In this document: piece by piece, positions 38,692 to 48,282 of the stretch
Layout: each line of letters starts with the position of its first letter
Position numbering within the stretch: position 1 is the first letter of the stretch
NCBI GenBank assembly: GCA_963743325.1
Contig: CAVUOZ010000006.1
Coordinates: 5,207 to 69,206, forward strand
DNA from: an uncultured Ignavibacteria bacterium
GTDB taxonomy: Bacteria > Bacteroidota > Ignavibacteria > Ignavibacteriales > Ignavibacteriaceae
Length of the DNA stretch: 64,000 nucleotides
Direction: 5' to 3'
Position numbers and translations under genes: made by a program
Notes under the pieces: model-generated
The model's input: only the letters and a program-made list of their open reading frames with translations
What the model was told of the DNA's origin: nothing
Database searches by the model: none

Positions 38692-41070
38692 ATGCCCCTC
38701 TTTGAAAATAAATATGGATATTTCTCAGATGATGGAAATGAGTATATAATTACTACTCCCCAAACTCCAAAACCGTGGATCAATGTGATCTCCAACGGCG
38801 AATATGGTTTGGTAATCTCCCAAGCCGGCGGAGGATTTAGTTGGCTCACGCATTCGGAATTGAATCGTTTGAATAGATGGCATCAAGACCTTGTTCAAGA
38901 TAATTGGGGTAAATATATTTATATAAAGGATAATACTACAGGTGATATTTGGAGCCCTACCTGGCAGCCGGTTAAAAAAGATCTTGATTCCTTTAAGTGC
39001 AGACACGGGATAGGTTATACAATCTTTGAGACTATTTACCACAAAATTAAAATTGAATTGATTTTATTCGTCCCTTTTGAAGAAAGTATCGAAATATGGG
39101 ATTTAAAGATTTATAATTTGAGAGAACAGAGTGTTGATTTATCACTCTTCACTTATTTTGAATGGTGTCTCGGTTCGTCTATGGATCATCACCGCGAGTT
39201 TCATAAATGTTTCATTGATGTACAATTTGATCGAGAATGTAATGGACTATTAGCTCGAAAACGAATTTGGGAAATTCCTACAGGGGATAGAGGATATTGG
39301 AATACAGAATATCCATATACTGGATTTTTATCGAATAATAAAAAAGTTTCCGCTTACGATAGTGATAAATGTTCCTTTCTCGGACAATATGGTTCCCTTC
39401 AAAAACCCATTAGTTTGATGGAAGGCAAACTTTCACAATCTACCGGTATGTGGGGAGATCCTGTTGCCTGCTTAAATAATCATATCAAGATTAAAAATAA
39501 ATCTTCTTTCAGAATAGTTTATACTGCCGGATTAAAAAAAAATAGAGCTGAGATAGTCTCATCGATTCAAAAATTTAAAAATTTAAAAAATGTCGATGCC
39601 GCCTTTTTAGAAATCAAAGATAAATGGAAAACAATGCTTGGAAACCTTGAGATTGAAACTCCTGATAAAGCTATGAACTTGATGGTTAATACATGGCTTC
39701 CATACCAGGCTATATCCGGAAGACTATGGGGAAGGACAGCATATTATCAACAAAGTGGTGCATACGGATTTAGAGATCAACTGCAGGATAGCCTGATATT
39801 CTTAACAATTGATCCCAAAGAAACAAAGAAACAAATCCAGCTTCATGCACGTCATCAATTTTTTGATGGAACGGTCCTCCATTGGTGGCATCCTATAACC
39901 GAACTCGGTTTAGCAACAAAAATGACTGATGATTTGCTATGGCTTCCTTTCCTTGTCATTGAGTATATCAAGGAATCAGCAGACTACGAATTTCTAAATG
40001 AATTAGAACCATATTATGACTTGAAAAATGAAACAGGGACAATATTTGAACATTGTGTTAAGGCAATTGATAAGGTACTATCACGATTTACCGAACGAGG
40101 TTTGCCCCTTATCGGAGCAGGTGATTGGAATGACGGAATTAGTGCGGCCGGACTTGAGATGAAAGGAGAGTCGATTTGGTTGACGGAATTTATGTATTTA
40201 ATCCTGACCAAATTCTCAAAGATTGCTAAAAAATTAAATCAAGATTATTATTCCGAAAAATATGAATTAGCTGGAGAGAAACTTCAGATTTCTTTCAATA
40301 AAATTGCGTGGGATGGAGAGTGGTATTTTCGTGGAACAAAAGATGATGGAGAAAAATTTGGGAGTGCTAAAAATTCTGAAGGACAAATATATCTTAACCC
40401 TCAGGTATGGGCGGTAATAAGTAATATAGCACCTAAAGAGAAACAAATAAAAGCAATAAATTCTGTTGAAAAAATACTGTTAAAGAAAAATGGTTGCTTG
40501 TTGTTGTATCCTGCATATTATAACCCGGACAAATTTATTGGTTATTTAACACGCTATGCTCCCGGAAGGAGAGAGAATGGAGGAGTGTATACTCATGCAT
40601 CAACATGGGCCATAATAGCGCTCTGTAAACTCGATAGGGACGCGATTGCATATGATGTCTTCAAAAGATTATGTCCTATATATAATTCTCAGCATCCAGA
40701 TGTTTATGAAGTCGAACCATATGTGACACCCGGAAATATTGACGGACCTGATTCAAAATTTTATGGGAGAGGCGGATGGACATGGTATACAGGTTCAGCT
40801 ACATGGTATCAAAAAGTTATCGTTGAATGGATCCTTGGAATACGAGCTTGCGAAGAGGGATTATTGATTGATCCGCATATTCCATTAAAATGGGATAAGT
40901 TTAAAATAAGAAGACTATTCAGGGGAACTATCTACCTAATCCAATTTAATGTACCAGAGGATTCCAAAGGAATAGTTGATTTAATAAATGTCGATGGTGA
41001 TAAAATACAGGGAAATATTATCACTCCATTAAATAAAGCAATATGTGAGGTAGAGGTAATAATTCGTTAA
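38692..41070 (+). CDS. GH94 glycoside phosphorylase (cellobiose/beta-oligoglucan phosphorylase family), cytoplasmic
   Basis: Colinear with cellobiose phosphorylase as I recall that sequence. Matching blocks: YGYFSDDGNEYIITTPQTPKPWINV, RHGIGYT, GFRDQLQD, catalytic-Asp block LPLIGAGDWNDG, RENGGVYTHASTW and GWTWYTGSATW. No signal peptide. Confidence 0.8.
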   Translation: MPLFENKYGYFSDDGNEYIITTPQTPKPWINVISNGEYGLVISQAGGGFSWLTHSELNRLNRWHQDLVQDNWGKYIYIKDNTTGDIWSPTWQPVKKDLDSFKCRHGIGYTIFETIYHKIKIELILFVPFEESIEIWDLKIYNLREQSVDLSLFTYFEWCLGSSMDHHREFHKCFIDVQFDRECNGLLARKRIWEIPTGDRGYWNTEYPYTGFLSNNKKVSAYDSDKCSFLGQYGSLQKPISLMEGKLSQSTGMWGDPVACLNNHIKIKNKSSFRIVYTAGLKKNRAEIVSSIQKFKNLKNVDAAFLEIKDKWKTMLGNLEIETPDKAMNLMVNTWLPYQAISGRLWGRTAYYQQSGAYGFRDQLQDSLIFLTIDPKETKKQIQLHARHQFFDGTVLHWWHPITELGLATKMTDDLLWLPFLVIEYIKESADYEFLNELEPYYDLKNETGTIFEHCVKAIDKVLSRFTERGLPLIGAGDWNDGISAAGLEMKGESIWLTEFMYLILTKFSKIAKKLNQDYYSEKYELAGEKLQISFNKIAWDGEWYFRGTKDDGEKFGSAKNSEGQIYLNPQVWAVISNIAPKEKQIKAINSVEKILLKKNGCLLLYPAYYNPDKFIGYLTRYAPGRRENGGVYTHASTWAIIALCKLDRDAIAYDVFKRLCPIYNSQHPDVYEVEPYVTPGNIDGPDSKFYGRGGWTWYTGSATWYQKVIVEWILGIRACEEGLLIDPHIPLKWDKFKIRRLFRGTIYLIQFNVPEDSKGIVDLINVDGDKIQGNIITPLNKAICEVEVIIR

Positions 41071-41232
41071 TAATAATCTGATTTTTAATTTAATTACAAA
41101 GAACAATAAGCTTACTTTATAAGAGAATTAGTGTCAATAAACAAATTATTTGATTTTGACTTCATTATTTGATTTAAAGAATTTCGTTTAATCTCTATTA
41201 TCGGGTAAATTTCCCAACAGTTAGAATCAATT

Positions 41233-41439
41233 ATGCAATATTTGAATTTCATAAAAATGCCTGGTAAAAAATCTCTAAATGGAACGTGGAATTATATTGA
41301 AGATCAAAATGATAAATACGGAATAAACTTCATTATGAATATATCCGCGGCTTCGGATAAATTCAAATCAATTGATAGTCCATCGAACTTGGAATCAGGT
41401 GGATTACAAAATTATAATGGTAGTGTTGGGTATTCATAA
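41233..41439 (+). pseudogene. N-terminal fragment paralogous to the GH2 gene at 54125
   Basis: KKSLNGTWNYIEDQNDKYG...SIDSPSNLESGGLQNYNGSVGYS aligns with IKSLNGSWNYATDAEDKLTYG...NIPVNWEHAGLHNFSGSIWFA of the intact GH2. The fragment stops after 68 codons. Confidence 0.5.
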
Positions 41440-41558
41440 TTTGAGAGTTGGACGAAATAAAAATCGTCGTCATGCCTATCGATATTAATAAAAGCAATAG
41501 TCTTTTTGTTTAGGAATTTGAAATTACATAAAAAAAATAATTAGAATGGAGTAAGTAT

Positions 41559-43964
41559 ATGAAAAAGACAATAACTTACATTTTGTTTTCTTTTCTGTTA
41601 TTTACTTTAAAAGTAAATGCCCAGAGTCCTTATCTATTCTTCAGTGACAGTCCTGATAACACTTTTTACGACTGGAGCTGGGGATTTGTTAATTCCCCAA
41701 GTTTATTAGAGCGGGTAGGTGAAAAATTTCCTGTAGATACAGCACATCATTATTCGGGAATAAATAGTTTAAAACTCCACTGGACTTCGATCTCCACCGG
41801 AGATTGGGGGATCGCCTGTGCAGCAATTGGAACGCCATGGCCGACTTGGGATGTAACAATTATGGACTCGGTTCAATTGTGGGTATATACCGAACAGCCC
41901 GTTGATCATTTGAAATTACCTGTAATGTATCTTGAAGACAATAACAATCATAAATCGATTCATTTGAAAATTTCTGATTATTCCTCAGATATTCCCGCAA
42001 ATATTTGGACTAAAGTATCCTTACCAATTGATGTTTTCATTAATGGCTCAAGCGGTGTTGATTTTACCATAATCAAAACAATATTCTTTGGCCAGGATGA
42101 AGCTGATGGGGAGGAGCATACATTTTCCCTTGATGAAATTAGGATAATTTCAAATGGAACTGCAAGTGATACCATTCCGCCAGCTTCTCCCGTAGGTTTA
42201 TCTGCAGAAGGATTCGACAGACATATAGATTTAAAATGGACATTAAATACTGAACCAGATGTAGCGGGTTATAATATTTTTAAGCAGCAGGGAACCGATT
42301 TTGTAATTATAGGCGTAGCTTCCAGGGATGATAGATATTATACGGATTTTATTGGACAAAGCGGCGTCACCGGTACTTATAAGATAACTGCATTTGATAA
42401 TAATCAGAATGAATCCGGATTTTCGGGAATGGCAAGTTCTTCAACGCAAGAATTAAGTGATGATGAACTTCTTGATATGGTCGAAGAAGCAACCTTTAGA
42501 TTTTTTTGGGATTATGCCCATCCTTATTCAGGGTTAGCAAGAGAAAGAACTGGTTCAGGTAATACTGTAACCACCGGTGGATCAGGTTTTGGAATTATGG
42601 CTATACTTGTGGGAATTGAAAGAGGATTTATAACCAGGGAACAGGGAGCCCAAAGAATGCTTCAAATATTAAATTTTCTTTCTACTGAGGCTGACAGGTT
42701 TCATGGTGCCTTGCCTCATTGGTTAGATGGTGAAACTGGTCACATAATTCCATTCAGCCAGTATGATGACGGTGGTGATCTTGTGGAAACTGCTTTTATG
42801 ATGCAAGGTCTCCTTGCTGCTAAACAATATTTCGACCAAAATAATACAACAGAAAATGTTATCAGAATTTATATTAATGGTTTGTGGGAGGCCGTGGAAT
42901 GGAGCTGGTATAGGAAAGATCCACCGACTAATTATCTTTACTGGCATTGGTCACCCAATTATGGCTGGACTATGAATTTTCCACTAATTGGCTGGAATGA
43001 AACTATGATAACATACTTGTTAGCAATAGCATCACCGACTTACAGTATTCCCTCAAATTTATATTATGATGGCTGGGCAAGCAGTTCAAACTATACTAAC
43101 GGCAATTCGTTTTATGGTATACCTTTGGAGGTAGGATGGGATTTCGGTGGTCCCTTATTTTTCGCTCATTATTCTTTTTTGGGATTTGATGCAAGAAGTA
43201 AAAAAGATAGCTTCACAAACTACTTTATAAATAATTATCACCATACCTTAATTAATCGAGCCTACTGCATCGATAATCCTGGCGGCCACACAGGTTATTC
43301 AAGTTCTCTTTGGGGATTAACATCCTCAGATGATCCTTATGGATATAGTGCTCATTCTCCTTTTAATGGCGATAATGGAACTATAACCCCAACAGCAGCA
43401 CTTTCCTCAATGCCATACACGCCGGTTGAATCTATGGAAGTTCTTAAAAATCTCTATAGAAATTACGGAGATCATATTTGGGGAATTTACGGGTTTAAGG
43501 ATGCAATGAATTTAGAGCAAAATTGGTACGCATCAAGTTATTTAGCTATAGATCAAGGTCCAATTATCGTCATGATTGAGAATGCGCGGACACAATTATT
43601 ATGGAACAAATTTATGGCGAATCCTGAAATTCAGCCTATGCTTGATGCAATTGGTTTTGTACCTGATTATACTGACGTAAAAATTAAATCCGAAATGCCG
43701 GAGCAATATTTATTAAAGAACAATTATCCTAATCCGTTTAACCCGGGCACAACTATCGAATTTCAAATCGCTAAAACCGGATTCGTTACTCTAAAAATAT
43801 ATGATGTTTTGGGAAACGAAGTTAAAACTCTTGTCAGTGAAGAAAAAAAACCGGGAGACTATACAATAAAATTTGATGCAGGCTCACTTTCAAGCGGAAT
43901 ATATTTTTATGTACTGAAAGCAGGCAGACAAATATTTTCCAAGAAGATGTGCCTGATTAAATAA
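41559..43964 (+). CDS. Secreted multidomain GH144-like (PF10091 glycoamylase-like, candidate endo-beta-1,2-glucanase) with N-terminal CBM-like domain, FN3 and T9SS C-terminal domain
   Basis: Signal peptide and an FN3-like segment (PPASPVGLSAEGFDRHIDLKWT...YNIFK). The (alpha/alpha)6-type core has ATFRFFWDYAHPYSGLARERTG, GGSGFGIMAI, WNETMITYLLAIASP and YLAIDQGPIIVMIENART. The C-terminal domain is NYPNPFNPGTTIEF...GIYFYVLKAG...KKMCLIK. Confidence 0.55.
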   Translation: MKKTITYILFSFLLFTLKVNAQSPYLFFSDSPDNTFYDWSWGFVNSPSLLERVGEKFPVDTAHHYSGINSLKLHWTSISTGDWGIACAAIGTPWPTWDVTIMDSVQLWVYTEQPVDHLKLPVMYLEDNNNHKSIHLKISDYSSDIPANIWTKVSLPIDVFINGSSGVDFTIIKTIFFGQDEADGEEHTFSLDEIRIISNGTASDTIPPASPVGLSAEGFDRHIDLKWTLNTEPDVAGYNIFKQQGTDFVIIGVASRDDRYYTDFIGQSGVTGTYKITAFDNNQNESGFSGMASSSTQELSDDELLDMVEEATFRFFWDYAHPYSGLARERTGSGNTVTTGGSGFGIMAILVGIERGFITREQGAQRMLQILNFLSTEADRFHGALPHWLDGETGHIIPFSQYDDGGDLVETAFMMQGLLAAKQYFDQNNTTENVIRIYINGLWEAVEWSWYRKDPPTNYLYWHWSPNYGWTMNFPLIGWNETMITYLLAIASPTYSIPSNLYYDGWASSSNYTNGNSFYGIPLEVGWDFGGPLFFAHYSFLGFDARSKKDSFTNYFINNYHHTLINRAYCIDNPGGHTGYSSSLWGLTSSDDPYGYSAHSPFNGDNGTITPTAALSSMPYTPVESMEVLKNLYRNYGDHIWGIYGFKDAMNLEQNWYASSYLAIDQGPIIVMIENARTQLLWNKFMANPEIQPMLDAIGFVPDYTDVKIKSEMPEQYLLKNNYPNPFNPGTTIEFQIAKTGFVTLKIYDVLGNEVKTLVSEEKKPGDYTIKFDAGSLSSGIYFYVLKAGRQIFSKKMCLIK

Positions 43965-44031
43965 GTGTATTAAATCAAAGTCGATATCGAAGTTTTTAAT
44001 TGTTAAAAAATTTATTCAGACAAAAATTTTG

Positions 44032-44549
44032 ATGAATAAAATTTATTTTTCCAGAAAGCTGACTTTTCTAATTTTATTGTTTGGGGGTTTTTCCATATTA
44101 CAGCAGCAAATGAATATCCTCTGGAATTCCATAAATCTCAGGAAGATCTTTTTTATTTAAAATCAAACAATGAACAATTAGTTTTGCAATATTGTAAGAC
44201 TATCCAGGATAATTTTTCCGGTGAAACTTTGCTGATTCCCGCAATGCAGGATAATTCTTACCAGACATTTAATAATGCAGTTACGGCCATGGTGTTTATA
44301 TTGTCTGGAGGAAAGGGGAGGGCAGAAAGTTATTCAGTCAAAAAACCGCAGCTGGTTGAGATAATTATTTACGATATTCTCGGTAATCAGATCAGGACAT
44401 TATTTAATGGATTTGCTTTACCGGGTTTAAACAGGATCCGGTGGAATGGTGAAAATAATATGGCTCAGAATGTTAACTCAGACGTATACATATACAGAAT
44501 TATTTCCAGTGAATCAGTCCTGAGCGGCAAAATAGTGTTAAATAAATGA
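44032..44549 (+). pseudogene. Collapsed gene remnant: signal peptide, a short N-terminal piece of unknown identity and a T9SS C-terminal domain
   Basis: ATG 44032 encodes MNKIYFSRKLTFLILLFGGFS. A frame change leads to ANEYPLEFHKSQEDL...NNAVTAMVFILSGGKGRAE, which runs directly into a T9SS tail (LVEIIIYDILGNQIRTLFNG...DVYIYRIIS...GKIVLNK). No catalytic domain lies between them. Confidence 0.45.
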
Positions 44550-44634
44550 ACCTTTCCTGCCGGAATTTTTCCTGGTGAGACAATGCTGCCGGAATAGAAT
44601 TAAATAATAATATTATTAATTATTCAGGTTACAT

Positions 44635-45990
44635 ATGAAAAAGTCCCTTTTGATTTTCTTTCTTTTGTTTACTCATTCTGCATTCTCACAGTATGTTCCG
44701 ACAAAGGAAGAAAATGCGTTTCTTGATACGCTGCAGTACAAATCCTTTCTTTTTTTTATGAACGAAATTAATCCTGAAAATGGTCTTGTAAAAGACCGCA
44801 CTACAGAGGAATCAGCCTCATCAATTGCTGCGGTCGGGTGGGGGGTTGCAGCCTGGGCTATCGGTGCTGAGCACAACTGGATCACCAGGGAGAAAGCTGC
44901 AGAGCTTACATTGGATCTTGTCAGATTTTTGAATAATTCCGAACAAAGTGCAAAACCGGATGCTACCGGTTACAATGGCTTCTATTATCATTTTCTTAAC
45001 ATGAAAACAGGAAAGCGTGAATGGAATTCTGAGCTTTCGACGATTGATACTGCATTTCTCCTGGCAGGAATACGATTTGCAACCCAGTATTATCATCGTG
45101 ACAATGAGGCAGAAAAGGAAATCCGTGAACTTGGTGATAAACTTACAAACAGGGTAAACTGGGACTGGACTATTATTGGAAAATCAAAAAATAAGGGTTA
45201 TGAAGGATTAATTGTAATGGCATACAATCCGGATGACGGTTTGGGTGATTTCGGCTGGTTCGGTTATACTGAAGCTCTTTATTTGTATGTGCTGGCTGCA
45301 GGGACAAATCTCAGCAGCCCTATGAAAGCATATGAAGCCTGGCTTTCAGAATATGATTGGAAGGAACCTTATGAAGGACTTGCTCACGTAATTTTTCCGC
45401 CGCTATTCGGACACCAGTATTCTCATATGTTCATCGATTTCAGAGGCTTGGCTGATAAATATATGAGAGAAAAGGGAATCGATTATTTTGAAAATTCAAG
45501 AAGAGCGACATTGTCCAATTGGAATTATTGTATCCAGAATCCTGGAGGGTGGACTGGTTATGATTCTCTGACCTGGGGGATAAGTGCATGTGACGGTCCC
45601 GGAGATTTTGAGAGCGATAGAAAAAGATTTTACGGATACGCCGGACGAGGCGCCAGCGGACCTGATGATGTTGTTGCAGATGACGGGACCATTACACCCG
45701 AAGCTGCAAGCGGATCAATACCTTTCGCACCGGAAATCTGTATCCCTGCGCTGAAGAATATGTATGATAAATATGGCGATAAAGGATTATGGGGTAAGTA
45801 CGGATTAAAAGATGCTTTTAATCTTACAGTTAACTGGTACGATAAAGATTATTTAGGGCTTGATGAAGGACCCATTGTAATTATGATTGAAAACTACAGA
45901 ACCGGACTGATCTGGAAATTTTCTATGAAAGATCCGGTAATAATAAGAGGACTTGAAAGATTGGGATTTGCAAAAACAGAAAATAAGTGA
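44635..45990 (+). CDS. Secreted GH144-like (PF10091 glycoamylase-like) enzyme, single domain
   Basis: Signal peptide. Motifs: SFLFFMNEINPENGLVKDRT, SIAAVGWGVAAW, STIDTAFLLAGI and YLGLDEGPIVIMIENYRTGLIW. It is a paralog of the core of 41559-43964. Confidence 0.55.
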   Translation: MKKSLLIFFLLFTHSAFSQYVPTKEENAFLDTLQYKSFLFFMNEINPENGLVKDRTTEESASSIAAVGWGVAAWAIGAEHNWITREKAAELTLDLVRFLNNSEQSAKPDATGYNGFYYHFLNMKTGKREWNSELSTIDTAFLLAGIRFATQYYHRDNEAEKEIRELGDKLTNRVNWDWTIIGKSKNKGYEGLIVMAYNPDDGLGDFGWFGYTEALYLYVLAAGTNLSSPMKAYEAWLSEYDWKEPYEGLAHVIFPPLFGHQYSHMFIDFRGLADKYMREKGIDYFENSRRATLSNWNYCIQNPGGWTGYDSLTWGISACDGPGDFESDRKRFYGYAGRGASGPDDVVADDGTITPEAASGSIPFAPEICIPALKNMYDKYGDKGLWGKYGLKDAFNLTVNWYDKDYLGLDEGPIVIMIENYRTGLIWKFSMKDPVIIRGLERLGFAKTENK

Positions 45991-46027
45991 GCATAAACTC
46001 CATCGCGCAACACAGGAATATGACCTT

Positions 46028-48241
46028 ATGCTAAGCAAAAAATTATTGTTACTATTGCTGATTTTTCTTTCCCCCGGTATTTCATTGGTGCTCTTCGGTC
46101 AGGAAAGTTATGAACCGAAAATTGATTCAATTTTATCGGGGATGCCACTTGACGAAAAAATCGGGCAGCTAGTTCAGGCTGTTGGTATGGATTCAGGTGT
46201 GGAAGATCATATTCGGAAAGGTGAGGTAGGTTCTATATTAATAGGAATGCCAGGACCTGAGGAATGTAACAGAATCCAAAAAATTGCGATAGATGAAACA
46301 AGGTGTGGTATTCCCCTCCTTTTTGCAAATGATATTATCCATGGTTTTCATACGATTTTTCCAATTCCTCTTGCAGAGGCATCAAGCTGGAATCCCGGTC
46401 TTGTGAAAGAAGCCTGCAGTATTGCGGCATTTGAATCGGCAGCGGAGGGGACCAGATGGACATATGCCCCGATGGTTGATATTGCCCGTGATCCAAGATG
46501 GGGAAGGATTATGGAAGGTTCGGGTGAAGACCCTTATTTAGGTAGTGTTTTTTCTTCAGCAAGAGTGGAAGGTTTCCAGGGCAGTAATTTAAAAAATAAA
46601 ACCAAAATTGCAGCCTGTTCAAAACATTATGCAGCATATGGAGGGGCTGAAGGAGGCCGGGACTATAACACCGTAGATATCTCTGAAAGAACTTTACGTG
46701 AGGTTTATCTTCCCCCGTTTCATTCTGCAGTCAATACTCGCGTTGCCTCCATAATGAGCGCTTTTAATGATCTGAATGGTATTCCTGCATCATCAAATTA
46801 TTTTACACTGACTCAGGTTTTGAGAAATGAATGGAAATGGGATGGAGTTGTGATCAGCGATTATAATTCTATCGGAGAAACAATTCATCATCGTTTTGCT
46901 AAGGATAAAAAAGAGGCGGCTTTAAAGAGCTTTACAGCAGGAGTAGATATTGATATGGCAGGCGATACTATTGTCGGGAACATTTACAGTCCAAACCTGA
47001 AGAAGTTAGTTGAAGAAGGGAAAATATCCGAAAAACAGATCGATAAGTCCGTCAGAAATGTTCTCAGAATGAAATTCAGGCTCGGCTTATTTGAGAATCC
47101 CTATACAGATATTGAATACTTCAGAAAAAATAATTTAAGCAAAAGTTATAAAGACAGTATTGCACTCCGATTGGCAAAGGAATCGATTGTCCTGTTAAAA
47201 AATGAAAATAACCTCCTTCCTCTCAGAAAGAATATTAAAAAAATTGCATTAATTGGTCCTTTAGCAGATAATAATGAAGATCCTACGGGCGTTTGGGCCG
47301 GTGCCGGCAAACCTGAGGATGTGGTCACGGTATTGCAGGGATTTAAAAATTTATTGCAAGGCAATACCGAAATAAATTTTATCAGAGGATGCGGTTTTAA
47401 TGATAGGGATTCTTCTGAGTTCAATGCTGCAATTGAAGCAGCCGAAAATTCAGATATAGTAGTTATGGTTTTAGGCGAGCAGAAAGAAATGAGCGGGGAA
47501 GCTACAAGCAAAACCAATCTCGATCTCCCGGCAATACAGGAAAATCTTTTAAAAAAAATATTCGCAGCGCAAAAACCGGTTGTTGTTGTGTTAATGAATG
47601 GAAGACCTATAACTATTAACTGGATATCCGAATACATACCTGCAGTTGTTGAAGCTTGGTATCCCGGTAACCAGGCGGGGAATGCAATTGCACAGGTTTT
47701 ATTTGGTGAGTATAATCCCTCCGGTAAACTTACTGTCACTTTCCCCCGTTCAACCGGACAGATCCCGATTTATTATTATCAAAAAAGCACGGGACGCCCG
47801 TTCAATGAAAATGATAAGTATACTTCTAAATATCTGGATTCACCGAATACACCGCTTTATCCTTTTGGTTTCGGACTAAGCTATTCATCATTCAGATATA
47901 GTGACATTAAAGTCTCCAAAAACAAAATAAAAAAGGCGGATTCAACCACTGTTTCAGTAAACGTTACAAATACGGGGAGATTTCCCGGAGAAGAGGTAGT
48001 ACAATTATATATCAGGGATGAATTTGCCAGCATTACCAGACCAATAAAGGAACTGAAAGGATTTCAAAAAATAAAACTTGTTCCCGGTGAGACTAAAAAT
48101 GTGAAGTTCGATATAACTCCCGCGATGTTGTCTTTTCCCGATAAAGATTTTAAGCCGGTTGTTGAACCGGGAAAATTTACATTGATGGTAGGCGGGAGTT
48201 CAGATGAATTAATATCTTCTTCATTTGATATAATTGAGTAG
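46028..48241 (+). CDS. GH3 beta-glucosidase (BglX-like), periplasmic
   Basis: Start moved to ATG 46028 (MLSKKLLLLLLIFLS signal peptide). Motifs: KIGQLVQ, DIIHGF, DPRWGRIMEGSGEDP, KHYAAYG, nucleophile context WDGVVISDY, and a C-terminal FN3-like domain. Confidence 0.85.
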   Translation: MLSKKLLLLLLIFLSPGISLVLFGQESYEPKIDSILSGMPLDEKIGQLVQAVGMDSGVEDHIRKGEVGSILIGMPGPEECNRIQKIAIDETRCGIPLLFANDIIHGFHTIFPIPLAEASSWNPGLVKEACSIAAFESAAEGTRWTYAPMVDIARDPRWGRIMEGSGEDPYLGSVFSSARVEGFQGSNLKNKTKIAACSKHYAAYGGAEGGRDYNTVDISERTLREVYLPPFHSAVNTRVASIMSAFNDLNGIPASSNYFTLTQVLRNEWKWDGVVISDYNSIGETIHHRFAKDKKEAALKSFTAGVDIDMAGDTIVGNIYSPNLKKLVEEGKISEKQIDKSVRNVLRMKFRLGLFENPYTDIEYFRKNNLSKSYKDSIALRLAKESIVLLKNENNLLPLRKNIKKIALIGPLADNNEDPTGVWAGAGKPEDVVTVLQGFKNLLQGNTEINFIRGCGFNDRDSSEFNAAIEAAENSDIVVMVLGEQKEMSGEATSKTNLDLPAIQENLLKKIFAAQKPVVVVLMNGRPITINWISEYIPAVVEAWYPGNQAGNAIAQVLFGEYNPSGKLTVTFPRSTGQIPIYYYQKSTGRPFNENDKYTSKYLDSPNTPLYPFGFGLSYSSFRYSDIKVSKNKIKKADSTTVSVNVTNTGRFPGEEVVQLYIRDEFASITRPIKELKGFQKIKLVPGETKNVKFDITPAMLSFPDKDFKPVVEPGKFTLMVGGSSDELISSSFDIIE

Positions 48242-48282
48242 CGCCGCATATAAAAACTTAAATCATTGCCGGAGTTTGGAAA

